Origin: Treponema sp.
GTDB taxonomy: Bacteria > Spirochaetota > Spirochaetia > Treponematales > Treponemataceae
Direction: 5' to 3'
DNA: 64,000 nucleotides
Assembly: GCA_024698325.1 (NCBI GenBank)
Contig: JAILRG010000042.1
Span: 5,497-69,496, forward strand
In this document: in pieces, positions 28,084-38,338 of the stretch
Numbering within the stretch: the first letter of the stretch is position 1
Layout: every line of letters begins with the position of its first letter
Program-made: the position numbers and the translations under genes
Notes under the pieces: generated by a model
Databases searched by the model: none
Told to the model about the DNA's origin: nothing
What the model saw: only the letters and a program-made list of their open reading frames with translations

Positions 28084-29772
28084 ATGAAACAGAACCCGTT
28101 TATACGTGCTGCTGTTTGCGTCTTGCTTGGCGCTGCAATGTTTGCCTGCAAAACTCTGCAGGAAGACACTTCTCAGAGTGATGTAGACGTAAAAGCCAGT
28201 AAGACAGCAACATTTACGTTTTCTGCTGACAAAACCTCAAACGCTCCTCTTGATTCGCACATTTTCGAAATTTCCGAAGATACGCTCTCTGTTGTTTTAT
28301 CCGGTGACATCAGCGGCCACACGCTGTATCTGGTAAAGTCAAATCCTACAGATTCCAGCATAGACACTTCCCGGGTCCGCTTCGTCGCCAGCATAAACGG
28401 AAAGCCCACCGCCACAACAGCAGACGCTTCCCGACAGGCTACACGAAAACGCTTTTTTGACGAAGACATAGTGACTCATTTTGAGCCGCCCCAGCTGTTT
28501 GACCCTTATGCGCCCGTTCCAGATGCCTCACGCGCAGCTGTTGGCGAAGCCGCTGTAGCCGAAACAACGGAAAGTTCCTTTAAAATTGGCGACACCAGAA
28601 AAATCTTTGTCGACACAGATGAAGCCATCAGCAGTTTTGAAGAGCAGACAGCGACGCTCCTTGCAATCGGCAAAAACTGCTACGTCTGGGTCGTAGACGT
28701 GCAGGCTAACCGCGCCGCAGAAATATACGCTTCCGAAATCTGCCGCAGGTTCGACAGCATGTACCGCATGATAACCAATGTCTACGGCACGGAAAGCGAC
28801 AGGATGTATGTATTCAACGGTTCAAACTTCTCCCTAAAAGATATGAAGAACTACAGTGCGACCGGCACCCGCATAAACATCGTGCTTTCGCGCTTTGTCA
28901 GCACTGGCGTTGTCGGCTACTTTTACTGCAAGGACTACTTTGCCGGCTATCATCGCGGAGATGCACGCGCCTGTTCCAACAACGGAAAGTACGTTTACAT
29001 CAACACTCGCTATCTGACGACACCGCGCAACAGAGACATGGCTTACAGCACGCTTGCCCACGAGTTCCAGCACATGATTATGTACGGCCAGAAAAACATC
29101 AACCGGGGAGTAACGGCCGCCGACTGGTTCAACGAAATGATGAGCATGATTTGCGAAGATTTAATGCAGGACGAACTGGGAATTGCAGATGCGCAAAGTC
29201 CCAAAAACCGCCTCAATCGATTCGCTGCCAGCTACTACTTAAGCGGCGCCTCCGAATTCATCAGTGTAGACGGTTCCCGACTGCCATCGTACGCATCGCT
29301 TTACGGATTTGGCGCATACCTCATCAGAACATACGGCGGAGCAGCTTTCGTCAACAGTATTATGAAAAACGCATACTGCAACGAACAGGCTATCGCCGCC
29401 GCCGTAAGCGAGATGACAGGAAAGCAGATCAGCTTTGCGGAAATCATAAAGACATACGCGCTTTCCTTTGCTCATGACGGCCTGATGAACCTGAATCAGA
29501 AAGCCGCCGACAGCCCCTACTACGTTCCCTTTAAGGATGAAGTAAGCGGCTATGCCTATCCGCTGGAACCAATCAACATGCTCGACTACCTGCAGAAAGG
29601 CAGCTTTAACGAATACGGCATGAAGTTTTTCTCTGCTGAAGAGCGGGCCGCACTGCGTCCCAACGGATTTACCCTGCACAACTTAGGCGAAATCACCAGC
29701 AACTCGCTGACCATCACGTTTAATGACACTGGCGCCGCCGGCCAGAAACTGCTTCTTGTCGTGTCTGACTGA
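28084..29772 (+). CDS. lipoprotein zinc metallopeptidase (peptidase M30-like)
   Basis: Lipobox MFAC, STLAHEFQHMI, downstream FNEMMSMICED. Confidence 0.82.
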   Translation: MKQNPFIRAAVCVLLGAAMFACKTLQEDTSQSDVDVKASKTATFTFSADKTSNAPLDSHIFEISEDTLSVVLSGDISGHTLYLVKSNPTDSSIDTSRVRFVASINGKPTATTADASRQATRKRFFDEDIVTHFEPPQLFDPYAPVPDASRAAVGEAAVAETTESSFKIGDTRKIFVDTDEAISSFEEQTATLLAIGKNCYVWVVDVQANRAAEIYASEICRRFDSMYRMITNVYGTESDRMYVFNGSNFSLKDMKNYSATGTRINIVLSRFVSTGVVGYFYCKDYFAGYHRGDARACSNNGKYVYINTRYLTTPRNRDMAYSTLAHEFQHMIMYGQKNINRGVTAADWFNEMMSMICEDLMQDELGIADAQSPKNRLNRFAASYYLSGASEFISVDGSRLPSYASLYGFGAYLIRTYGGAAFVNSIMKNAYCNEQAIAAAVSEMTGKQISFAEIIKTYALSFAHDGLMNLNQKAADSPYYVPFKDEVSGYAYPLEPINMLDYLQKGSFNEYGMKFFSAEERAALRPNGFTLHNLGEITSNSLTITFNDTGAAGQKLLLVVSD

Positions 29773-29836
29773 GCCGGACAAAATCGCACCAAGTCAGCCT
29801 TTCCCCCGATATAACATCTTTTTATGGAGGTTCAGC

Positions 29837-31708
29837 ATGAGTTTTAATGAATATTTACAGAAATCACGCCATACTAATTGTATGAACACAAGAAAGAATC
29901 AACATTCTGAATTAGAAGTCGTTTTCGCACTGGTACTGACAGCGGCCGTTTTCTTGTTTGCCACAAGCTGTACAAACATTTCCTCATCATCTGCTTCCAC
30001 AACCAGTTCGACAAAAAGCGTTACGACATCCCCGACGGACTATGCTGTCGGAGACACTAAATCAATCTACATCGACATGGATGAAAACATCAGCACATTC
30101 AGCAAAAGCCAGGCAACACTCCGCGCAAAAGGCACATACTGCTACGTCTGGATTATCGACACATACTACGCAACCACTGCCAGCGGCGCCCATGTTAACA
30201 CCGCTGTCGCCGAAAAAATAGCAGCGCAGTTTGATGTAATCTACCCCATGGTGCGCAACGTATTCGGAAACGAAAGCGACACCCTGCTTACAGGCTCACT
30301 TTCCACAAAAAGCTCTACTTCAAGCACGGCATCTTCAATCAGCACAGCTTCCGGCACGCAGACCGCAACCTATACCAGCACCGAAAGCCCGAACATCATT
30401 GAAATTGCAAACAGCACAAAAACGCTTACTGTAAGCGGCCTTACAAGCGGACAGACTGTGTATCTGGCAAAAACAAACGTAACCGGAAGCACTGTAGAGT
30501 CAAGCAACGTGCGCAAGGTAAAAACATCTGACTGCAGCGGCATTACGCTTAACACGGCCACATCTTCGAGCACAAATTCCTCCTCAAGCTCTTCCGGCAG
30601 CAGCTCTCCAACCCGCGACACGGTTTCCGCCCAGCGCTGGCATTGCGCCCTGTCGGAAGCAGATTTACCGGAAATCACATTTACCGAAGAGGCAACAGCT
30701 TCCCGCGCCGCAACCAGCAGCATGAGCAGCACCTGCGACACCGGCACCATGGTAAACATCGTGCTGTATGACATCGCCGCCGACTACAGCGAAAGCGCCA
30801 CGTCAACAACAGGCGTCGCTGGCTACTTTTATTCGCGTGACTACTACACCAACGCAAGTGCATCCAACAAAGGCAAGTATTTTTACGTTGATTCGGCCTA
30901 TGCGAACGAAGACATTAACGACATTTATTCAACGCTTGCGCACGAGTTTCAGCATATGATTCACTTTGGCGTAAAGAACATCAGCCAGGGCGTTTCGTCG
31001 GGAACCGCATTCAACGAAATGCTTTCCATGCTCTGCGAAGACATGATGGAATGTTATTTTGAGGATAATCTCGACGGCTTTAGCTTATCTTCGGGACCTG
31101 CACAACGTCTGCCCTTTTTTAACGCCTGGTATTACGTATCTGGACTTGAATACCTGACTAGTTCGACCGCCAGCGCACTCTGCTCGTATGCTTCAAACTA
31201 TGCATTCGGCGCCTGGCTGATTCGCAATTACGGCGGAATTCCGCTGCTGGCAGAAATGTCTGCAAACAGCTCTGTCGACACCAATTCAATCACTCAGGCA
31301 GTGCAGACTGTTAACGGTACTGCTTACAGCATGGAAGATCTTCTGAAAGATTTTGCCGCTTCCTGCATTATAAGCAGGGAAGACTACGGCTTTAACAAAG
31401 CAATTAGCGACGCCGGCTCATACAGCTACAGCGACGATTCTGTCAGCTATGACTATCCGCTTAAAGCGCTCGACCTGTGGAATCTGGACAGCCAGCTGGC
31501 GGAATACTACGAGCAGACAAGCGCTTCCAGCTCTGCAAGCTACTTCAAGTACGACGGCCCGACGCTGTTTGCCAGCAATCAGTTAGCTGACCTTCGCCCC
31601 TACAGCGTACATTTGCACAAAGTCGGCACGGTAACTGATGACGAAATGACGCTGACATTTTCCAGCTCAAGCCCCGAAGCCATGAGGATGTATCTGATTA
31701 TCGAGTAA
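29837..31708 (+). CDS. lipoprotein zinc metallopeptidase (peptidase M30-like), paralog with rearranged domains
   Basis: Lipobox FATSC, STLAHEFQHMI, FNEMLSMLCED. GGAGG RBS precedes 29837; alternative start 29882. Confidence 0.82.
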   Translation: MSFNEYLQKSRHTNCMNTRKNQHSELEVVFALVLTAAVFLFATSCTNISSSSASTTSSTKSVTTSPTDYAVGDTKSIYIDMDENISTFSKSQATLRAKGTYCYVWIIDTYYATTASGAHVNTAVAEKIAAQFDVIYPMVRNVFGNESDTLLTGSLSTKSSTSSTASSISTASGTQTATYTSTESPNIIEIANSTKTLTVSGLTSGQTVYLAKTNVTGSTVESSNVRKVKTSDCSGITLNTATSSSTNSSSSSSGSSSPTRDTVSAQRWHCALSEADLPEITFTEEATASRAATSSMSSTCDTGTMVNIVLYDIAADYSESATSTTGVAGYFYSRDYYTNASASNKGKYFYVDSAYANEDINDIYSTLAHEFQHMIHFGVKNISQGVSSGTAFNEMLSMLCEDMMECYFEDNLDGFSLSSGPAQRLPFFNAWYYVSGLEYLTSSTASALCSYASNYAFGAWLIRNYGGIPLLAEMSANSSVDTNSITQAVQTVNGTAYSMEDLLKDFAASCIISREDYGFNKAISDAGSYSYSDDSVSYDYPLKALDLWNLDSQLAEYYEQTSASSSASYFKYDGPTLFASNQLADLRPYSVHLHKVGTVTDDEMTLTFSSSSPEAMRMYLIIE

Positions 31709-31781
31709 ATCGGTAAGAATTACCTGTGTCCTAAAAGGACTTTTTCTTGCGTGTAGAGAAAAACAGCCTTATAATGTCTAC

Positions 31782-32798
31782 ATGCTTGAAATATCTGTAA
31801 ATCCAAAATCTCCTATGGCAATTGGCAGCGCTTTTAAGAAGATAAGCGAAATGGTAAAGACCGGGTCTCTGTCAGCAGAATCCACGGTACATATAACACT
31901 TTCGGCAGGTCAGTATCAGGAAATACTTTCCTACAATCTTTCCAATCCGCTGATTATGGAAGCGGCAGCCGGGACAAAACCCGAAGACTGCATTATCAGC
32001 GCAGAAAACTGCGAGGCCTTCCATAAAGATACAGAAAACCGCTCGGTATTCGTTATCGGAATGGCAGCCACGCAGGTAACACTCCGCGGCTTTACTATCG
32101 AAAATACGCACATAAAAACCAGTGATGACGCCGCGCTTGGAAATCAGGCAGAAGCGTTCTGCTGGCACAACCAGAAAGGCTACCTGCTGGCAGAAAACAT
32201 GCGTTTTATCAGCCGGCAGGACACGGTACACGTAAAAGGCGTAAGCTATTTCCGCGACTGCTACATCACCGGCGACGTCGACTTTATCTGGGGCTACTGC
32301 GACATAAGCCTGTGGGAACGCTGCCACATTCACACTCGCGCTGACAACAGGGAAGGGGACCGCCCCGCATATGTACTGCAAAGCCGCGCCTTAAACGGAA
32401 AGCCGGGCTTTGTCTTTACAGACTGCACATTTACTGCGGACAAACGCAGCGGCAACAGCCCCATTTACATCGGACGCTCCTCGGGCACCGGAAAAGCCGA
32501 CAGCATTGACCGCTGGGACAGCATTGCCTTAATAAACTGCAGCATCAGCCCGGAATACGATGCGGCACTGTGGACAGACGAAAACGGCACGCAAGCCGTC
32601 TACCCGCCGGTCGGCACCGCATTAACCGGCTGGCGCGAATACGGCACAAAAACACCGAGCGAAAACGGCCATCTGGTAGCAGCGGATACCACCAGACGCT
32701 CCAGCCACGGCTACGTGTTGTCAAATAAGGAATACTTTGCGCATTACGCAAGTTCTTCCCTCATTTTAGGTGCTTATTCGTCAAAGTACAAAAACTAA
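31782..32798 (+). CDS. pectinesterase family protein (CE8), no signal peptide
   Basis: QAEA, RQDT, GDVDFIWG and YIGR motifs. Confidence 0.85.
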   Translation: MLEISVNPKSPMAIGSAFKKISEMVKTGSLSAESTVHITLSAGQYQEILSYNLSNPLIMEAAAGTKPEDCIISAENCEAFHKDTENRSVFVIGMAATQVTLRGFTIENTHIKTSDDAALGNQAEAFCWHNQKGYLLAENMRFISRQDTVHVKGVSYFRDCYITGDVDFIWGYCDISLWERCHIHTRADNREGDRPAYVLQSRALNGKPGFVFTDCTFTADKRSGNSPIYIGRSSGTGKADSIDRWDSIALINCSISPEYDAALWTDENGTQAVYPPVGTALTGWREYGTKTPSENGHLVAADTTRRSSHGYVLSNKEYFAHYASSSLILGAYSSKYKN

Positions 32799-32872
32799 CA
32801 GCTTTCATTCCTTGTTTCACCCTCATTTATGTTTCATTATAGCTATACAAAAACAGAATGAGGGTTAGCGGA

Positions 32873-34225
32873 ATGAAACAAATCTCTTTGGAAGATTTTG
32901 GCGGCAAAAACGACGGCGCATTTGATAATACAGACGCTTTCAGTAAGGCTTTCACAGAACTGGCACAGAACGGCGGCGGAACGCTGACTGTACATGCCGG
33001 TGTGTGGTGTACTGGCCCGGTAACACTGTTCAGTAATACGACGCTTGTGCTTGAAGAAGGTGCCGAGCTTTCTTTTATTCCAAACCCCGAACGCTATACT
33101 CCGGTCTACACCAGATGGGAGGGCGTAGAATGCTATGCCATGCACCCGCTGATTTATGCTTCCGGGCAGAAAAATGTAAAAATCACCGGTAAAGGCCTGG
33201 TAAACGGAAACGGCGAAACTTGGTGGAAGCTTCGCAACGAAAAGAAAAAGACTCAGACCGAGCCTACAGCTCCTTACGAAATCGCACTGGCAAAGCTGAA
33301 TCCCAACTACAAAAATCAGCCCGGTGGCGGCGGCGGCAGGGAATTCCAGTTTCTGCGCCCCAGCTTTATCGAATTCATCAACTGTGAAAACGTAATTCTC
33401 GAAGGCATTACCATCAAAAACAGCCCCTTCTGGACAGTCCATCCGCTGTATACAAAGAACCTGCTCTTAAAGGATTTGTGCATCGAAAACCCGAAGGATG
33501 CACCGAACACAGACGGTATCGATATTGACTCAAGCGAGGACGTAAAGGTGCTTGGCTGCAAGGTGAGCGTCGGCGACGACGGCATCTGCATTAAGAGCGG
33601 AAGCGGCGCTGACGGAATCCGCGTGAACAAGCCGACACGCAATGTAGAAATCCGGGACTGCAAGGTACAGTGGTCACACGGCGGCATTGTTATCGGAAGC
33701 GAAACTGCCGCCCCCATAAGCCACATTGTTGCCGAAAACTGCGACCTTTCAGGCACTGACCGCGGAATCCGCATTAAAAGCCGCCGTGGCCGTGGCGGAG
33801 ACATTTCTGATGTCCAGCTCAAGAATCTGGATATGTCAGACACGCTCTGCCCGATTGCAATCAACATGTACTACAAGTGTGGCGAAAAAGACCCGACCAG
33901 CCCGCTGTTCTCGCTGGACGCGCAGCCGGTAACAGCAGAAACGCCGCGCATTCACGACATTACAATCAGCGGCATTAAGGCGACAGGCTGCAAGGCGAGC
34001 GCCGGTTTTATCGTCGGCCTTCCCGAAAGCCCCATCACCGGCTTACGCATATCTGACTGCGTGCTTTCCACTGACGAGAGTAGTACCGAAAGTCCGATGG
34101 ACAGCGACATGTTCTTTGGACTTCCCGAAGTTACCGTAAAGAGCTTCCGGGTACGCAACACGCCTGACGCAAAGTTCGAGAACGTAACGATTACCGGTCC
34201 TAAAGAGACATTTATTTATAACTAG
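32873..34225 (+). CDS. glycoside hydrolase family 28 polygalacturonase, no signal peptide
   Basis: NTDG, GDD, SHG and RIK catalytic motifs. Confidence 0.92.
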   Translation: MKQISLEDFGGKNDGAFDNTDAFSKAFTELAQNGGGTLTVHAGVWCTGPVTLFSNTTLVLEEGAELSFIPNPERYTPVYTRWEGVECYAMHPLIYASGQKNVKITGKGLVNGNGETWWKLRNEKKKTQTEPTAPYEIALAKLNPNYKNQPGGGGGREFQFLRPSFIEFINCENVILEGITIKNSPFWTVHPLYTKNLLLKDLCIENPKDAPNTDGIDIDSSEDVKVLGCKVSVGDDGICIKSGSGADGIRVNKPTRNVEIRDCKVQWSHGGIVIGSETAAPISHIVAENCDLSGTDRGIRIKSRRGRGGDISDVQLKNLDMSDTLCPIAINMYYKCGEKDPTSPLFSLDAQPVTAETPRIHDITISGIKATGCKASAGFIVGLPESPITGLRISDCVLSTDESSTESPMDSDMFFGLPEVTVKSFRVRNTPDAKFENVTITGPKETFIYN

Positions 34226-34441
34226 ACCGCACTGGCGCCCGCCACCTGCGCCCCTGACTTTGCAGCTCTTGAAGGCCAGTTTCGTGATGCGCTCGGCCTG
34301 CAATATGCAAGCCGGTACAGCACAAAAAGTATTTCTAATCTGACTTTTTTCAGTGCAGATAGAGAAAATGTCTATCACCCGGCCTCAGTATTTTTGACTA
34401 TAACGTTGCCATACAAACTTAATCAAAGAGAGGTACGTATT

Positions 34442-35353
34442 ATGATTAAAATGGCAACTACAGCAATCAACTGTGTATTTGACAAAACGAAGAATCTGGA
34501 AAAGTATTTCAAATACATCGATGAAGCATCAGCAAATGGAGCTAATCTTGTAGTATTTGCTGAGCAGAGCTTGCAGGGATATCTCACAAGCCTTGTAAAA
34601 ATGGAAAGCTCTGATTTTATGTACCACTATAAAAATTCCGAAATCGCCGGAGAGGGTGAATGCTTTAAGGCAATCATGCAAAAGGCAAAAGAAAAAAGTA
34701 TCTATGTCATCTTCGGCTATACAGAAAAAGATAAGGATAAAGACTGGGTTCTCTATAACTCAATGGCATTAGTCGGCCCGGAAGGATTGATTGGAAACTA
34801 CCGTAAGGTTCACAATCCTTTTGACGAACTGCATATCTATACACCTGGAAATGAGTTCAAGGTATTCGACACCGCAATCGGAAAAATTGGTATGCTCATC
34901 TGCTATGACAAAACATTCCCGGAAAGCGCCAGAACCCTGGCTCTTAAAGGGGCTGAAGTAATCGTCATGTCTACAGCCTGGGGCTATGACAGCTTTGAGA
35001 CAAAGCCCGAGGACATCGACAAGGATCGTGCCTTCTACATCTATGACCTGTACGACCGTGTCCGCGCCCTGGAAAACTGCGCCTACTTTATTTCGGCAAA
35101 CCAGGTTGGCGTTACCGGATTGAGCAACTACTTCGGGAACAGCAATATCGTAAACCCGCGCGGTGAGATTGTTGCCACAACAGGAACAAAAGAAGGCATC
35201 GTCTACTACGAAACCGAAAGCATTCAGGAAGACCGCTATGATGCAATGCATCAGGGATTCTTCGGGCTTAACATGCTCAAAGACAGGCGTCCGATTGCTT
35301 ATTCAAAAATTACAGAACCCAAAGAGTTCTGTGCAGACGGCGAATGTCTGTAA
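34442..35353 (+). CDS. carbon-nitrogen hydrolase (nitrilase superfamily amidase)
   Basis: Triad E (VFAEQ), K (YRKVH), C (ICYD); GAGAGG RBS. Confidence 0.9.
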   Translation: MIKMATTAINCVFDKTKNLEKYFKYIDEASANGANLVVFAEQSLQGYLTSLVKMESSDFMYHYKNSEIAGEGECFKAIMQKAKEKSIYVIFGYTEKDKDKDWVLYNSMALVGPEGLIGNYRKVHNPFDELHIYTPGNEFKVFDTAIGKIGMLICYDKTFPESARTLALKGAEVIVMSTAWGYDSFETKPEDIDKDRAFYIYDLYDRVRALENCAYFISANQVGVTGLSNYFGNSNIVNPRGEIVATTGTKEGIVYYETESIQEDRYDAMHQGFFGLNMLKDRRPIAYSKITEPKEFCADGECL

Positions 35354-35398
35354 ACCGTATTGCACAAGACACTGAGATTCATGTAGAATCCTCCTCCG

Positions 35399-35440
35399 TA
35401 AGGCGATGGCGCAGTTTTGTGTCCATCGCCTTTTTTTTTA
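35399..35440 (+). terminator. intrinsic terminator
   Basis: aaggcgatgg...ccatcgcc followed by a run of T. Confidence 0.75.
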
Positions 35441-35452
35441 CGGGAGGAAAAA

Positions 35453-36496
35453 ATGCCATCATATTCTGTTTTGATTGCCGACGACAGACGGTTGTGCCGG
35501 AACCAGCTTTCCGCGCTGCCTGTATTCAGCGACAAAAATGTCTTCAAAATAGTTGGTGAAGCACAGAATGGTCTGGAAGCGCTCGATATTCTCCGGCGCG
35601 AGAAAGTAGACATCGTTCTTACAGACATACACATGCCGAAAATGAGCGGTATATCGCTTCTTTGTGAAATCAAAAGAGAAAATCTGTGTCCCTGCGTTAT
35701 TTTTGTTTCTGGCAGTGCCGACTTTGATTACGCTGTCGCCGGAATCCAGAACGGCGTTTTTGATTATGTCACAAAGCCTGTAGATGAGCATAAAATAGCG
35801 CAAAGCATCTTCCGGGCAAAACATTTTATAGATTCCAAACGAAAGCAAGAATTTTTCTGGATATCCAAGGCAGATGCCGTCATCAAGGCCATCATCAACT
35901 GTGACTGGCTCATCGATGGCGCCGTCTATAATTTTCTGGAATATATCAAAAATCAGGATTTTTCAATTACGAAGCTTGAAATCGAGCTGAATCATATTCT
36001 GGAATACATTTCCAGCAGCTGCCTTGAGGCAAGACCGTATATACGCAAGTTTTCACTGATAGAAAAAATCTGCCAGATAAAAAATATGCTTTTTAATTCA
36101 CCTGACGAACTCATAGATTATGCACGGCTCAAAATCAAAGAATTGTACAGCGAGTTTAATAAATTCAATTTGAATACTGAAAACCCGGTTTTGAAAAACA
36201 TCGGTACCCACATCATCGAGAATGTCGAGCAGTCCGTCAGCCTGGAAGATATCAGTAATGATTTTCTTATGAACAAAAAGTATCTGAGCACGTTGTTTAA
36301 GAAAGAAACTGGCATCAGTTTTATTGATTATGTTTCTCATGTAAAGATTGAGCGGGCAAAGATTCTGCTGTGCCGTTCGGGATACCAAGTCAATCAGGTT
36401 GCAGCAAAACTCGGCTATAAAGATGTCGCTTACTTCAGCAGATTGTTCAAGGAAAAGACCGGAAAAACGCCCTTGTTTTATTCAAAAGCGCTCTAA
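35453..36496 (+). CDS. response regulator with AraC output domain (YesN-like)
   Basis: IADD, TDIHMP and TKP receiver motifs; C-terminal GYKDVAYFSRLFK. GGGAGG RBS. Confidence 0.9.
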   Translation: MPSYSVLIADDRRLCRNQLSALPVFSDKNVFKIVGEAQNGLEALDILRREKVDIVLTDIHMPKMSGISLLCEIKRENLCPCVIFVSGSADFDYAVAGIQNGVFDYVTKPVDEHKIAQSIFRAKHFIDSKRKQEFFWISKADAVIKAIINCDWLIDGAVYNFLEYIKNQDFSITKLEIELNHILEYISSSCLEARPYIRKFSLIEKICQIKNMLFNSPDELIDYARLKIKELYSEFNKFNLNTENPVLKNIGTHIIENVEQSVSLEDISNDFLMNKKYLSTLFKKETGISFIDYVSHVKIERAKILLCRSGYQVNQVAAKLGYKDVAYFSRLFKEKTGKTPLFYSKAL

Positions 36497-36601
36497 GCCG
36501 CTTCGGATATGGAAAAAGTCATATAGATTCTGACTAAAACCTCTTATTCTTCGTGCGTTTCTCAGTATACCCTCTGCCTGTCAGCAATGACGGGGGTCGA
36601 T

Positions 36602-38326
36602 ATGGAAACACTGAAGGAATATATGGTTGCAGCAATAAACTGCGAACCTAAAATGTTCGAAAAGGAAAAAAATCTGGCAAAGCAATATGCGCTTGTTGAA
36701 GCTGCCGCGCAGAACGGAGCAAAGCTTATTGCGCTTCCTGAAATGGCAACAACAGGTTACTGCTGGTATAACAGGGAAGAAGTTTCACCATACGTAGAAG
36801 CGATTCCCGGTCCAACAACAGATTTGTTTGGCACCATCGCCAGAAAATACAACTGTTACATCGTAGTCGGAATGCCGGAAGTAAACACGACAACCGGCGC
36901 CTACTATAACAGCGCGGTTCTTATCGGACCTGACGGCGTTGTAGGAACCCATCGGAAAACGCACGGATATATCTCTGAACCAAAATGGACAAAGCAGGGC
37001 GATCTTGATCACATTGTTTTTGAAACACCAATCGGGAAAATCGCGATGCTCATCTGCATGGACATCCACTTTATCGAGACCGCGCGTCTTGACGGTGTAC
37101 GCGGTGCAGATGTAATCGTGCACATTTCAAACTGGCTTGCAGAAAAAACTCCGGCGCCTTACTGGATTAACAGAGCATACGAAAACGGTTGCTATGTGCT
37201 TGAAGCAAACAGAATCGGTCTTGAACGGACGGTAGAGTTTTCTGGCGGCAGCTGTCTTATCAATCCAGACGGAACGCTCCAGAGTTACTGCGACAGTGAA
37301 GAAACAATCGTTTACGGAACGGTGCAGTTAGATAAGGCCCGCGAGAACAAGTTTGAAAACGGCATGGAAAAATTCGGGAGCCGCCGCCCGGAGCTGTACA
37401 TGGATCTTTTGCGCGATCCGTATCTGTGGAATCCACTGGACTTTCATCCGCTGTATGGGCACGATCCGCTTCCTACAGGAAAGAAAAGCATTGTGTCTGT
37501 ATGTCAGATGGCGCGCTCGGATGATGCTGCAGCAAATCTGGAACGAATGCTCAGCAAGGCTCGTGACGCAGCGGCAGCTGGAAGTGAACTTATAGTTTTT
37601 CCAGAACTGTCACTCTGCTCGAAAAAAAATCCGGTTGCAGAAGGCAGCGCGGCAATAGATGCGCTGATTGACTGCGCCATGAAAAACGGCATCTACATTG
37701 TTTTCGGAGCTGCAGAGCAGGATGGCAGGAATCTGTACAATTCGGCTTTTATGGTCGGACCACACGGGCTTGAAGGCAAGTACAGAAAAATCCATCTGAG
37801 CGAAGAAGACAAGCAATGGGCAAAAGAAGGGAATCTGGGATTTGTGTACTGCAATATTCCGTGCGGAAGAGTCGGACTGATGATTGGTACGGATGCTCTG
37901 ATTCCGGAAACCGGACGAGTCCTTGCGCTGAGAGGATGCGACATGCTTGCCTGTCCTTCAAGCGTTGACTGCCCGGTGCCATACGGCTTGCGCGGAACCA
38001 AGGCCGGGCACAACTACCCGATTCCAAAGGGGTATTCGACAATTCACTGGCATTTGTGGCGAGTCCGTGGCGGAGAAAACAACTGCTACATGCTTTTTGC
38101 GAATGCGCTTTCGGCAGATTCATTCGGAAGAAGCGGCATCTTTGGACCGGACACGTTCAAGTTTCCGCGCGACGAAAGAATCTGCAGCGCAGACAAAGAA
38201 GAGCTGGTGTCGATGACCGTAGATACAAGTTCCGCCGCAGATTCAGTATATCCGACCAATGTGGTACGCAGAAAGGATCTCGTTTCGATGAGACAACCGC
38301 TGTGGTATGACCCGCTGGTAATGTAA
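36602..38326 (+). CDS. two-domain nitrilase-superfamily hydrolase
   Basis: Domain 1 has LPE/HRK/ICMD. Domain 2 has FPE/YRK but MIGTD at the Cys position. Confidence 0.88.
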   Translation: METLKEYMVAAINCEPKMFEKEKNLAKQYALVEAAAQNGAKLIALPEMATTGYCWYNREEVSPYVEAIPGPTTDLFGTIARKYNCYIVVGMPEVNTTTGAYYNSAVLIGPDGVVGTHRKTHGYISEPKWTKQGDLDHIVFETPIGKIAMLICMDIHFIETARLDGVRGADVIVHISNWLAEKTPAPYWINRAYENGCYVLEANRIGLERTVEFSGGSCLINPDGTLQSYCDSEETIVYGTVQLDKARENKFENGMEKFGSRRPELYMDLLRDPYLWNPLDFHPLYGHDPLPTGKKSIVSVCQMARSDDAAANLERMLSKARDAAAAGSELIVFPELSLCSKKNPVAEGSAAIDALIDCAMKNGIYIVFGAAEQDGRNLYNSAFMVGPHGLEGKYRKIHLSEEDKQWAKEGNLGFVYCNIPCGRVGLMIGTDALIPETGRVLALRGCDMLACPSSVDCPVPYGLRGTKAGHNYPIPKGYSTIHWHLWRVRGGENNCYMLFANALSADSFGRSGIFGPDTFKFPRDERICSADKEELVSMTVDTSSAADSVYPTNVVRRKDLVSMRQPLWYDPLVM

Positions 38327-38338
38327 GGAGGCTAAAAA

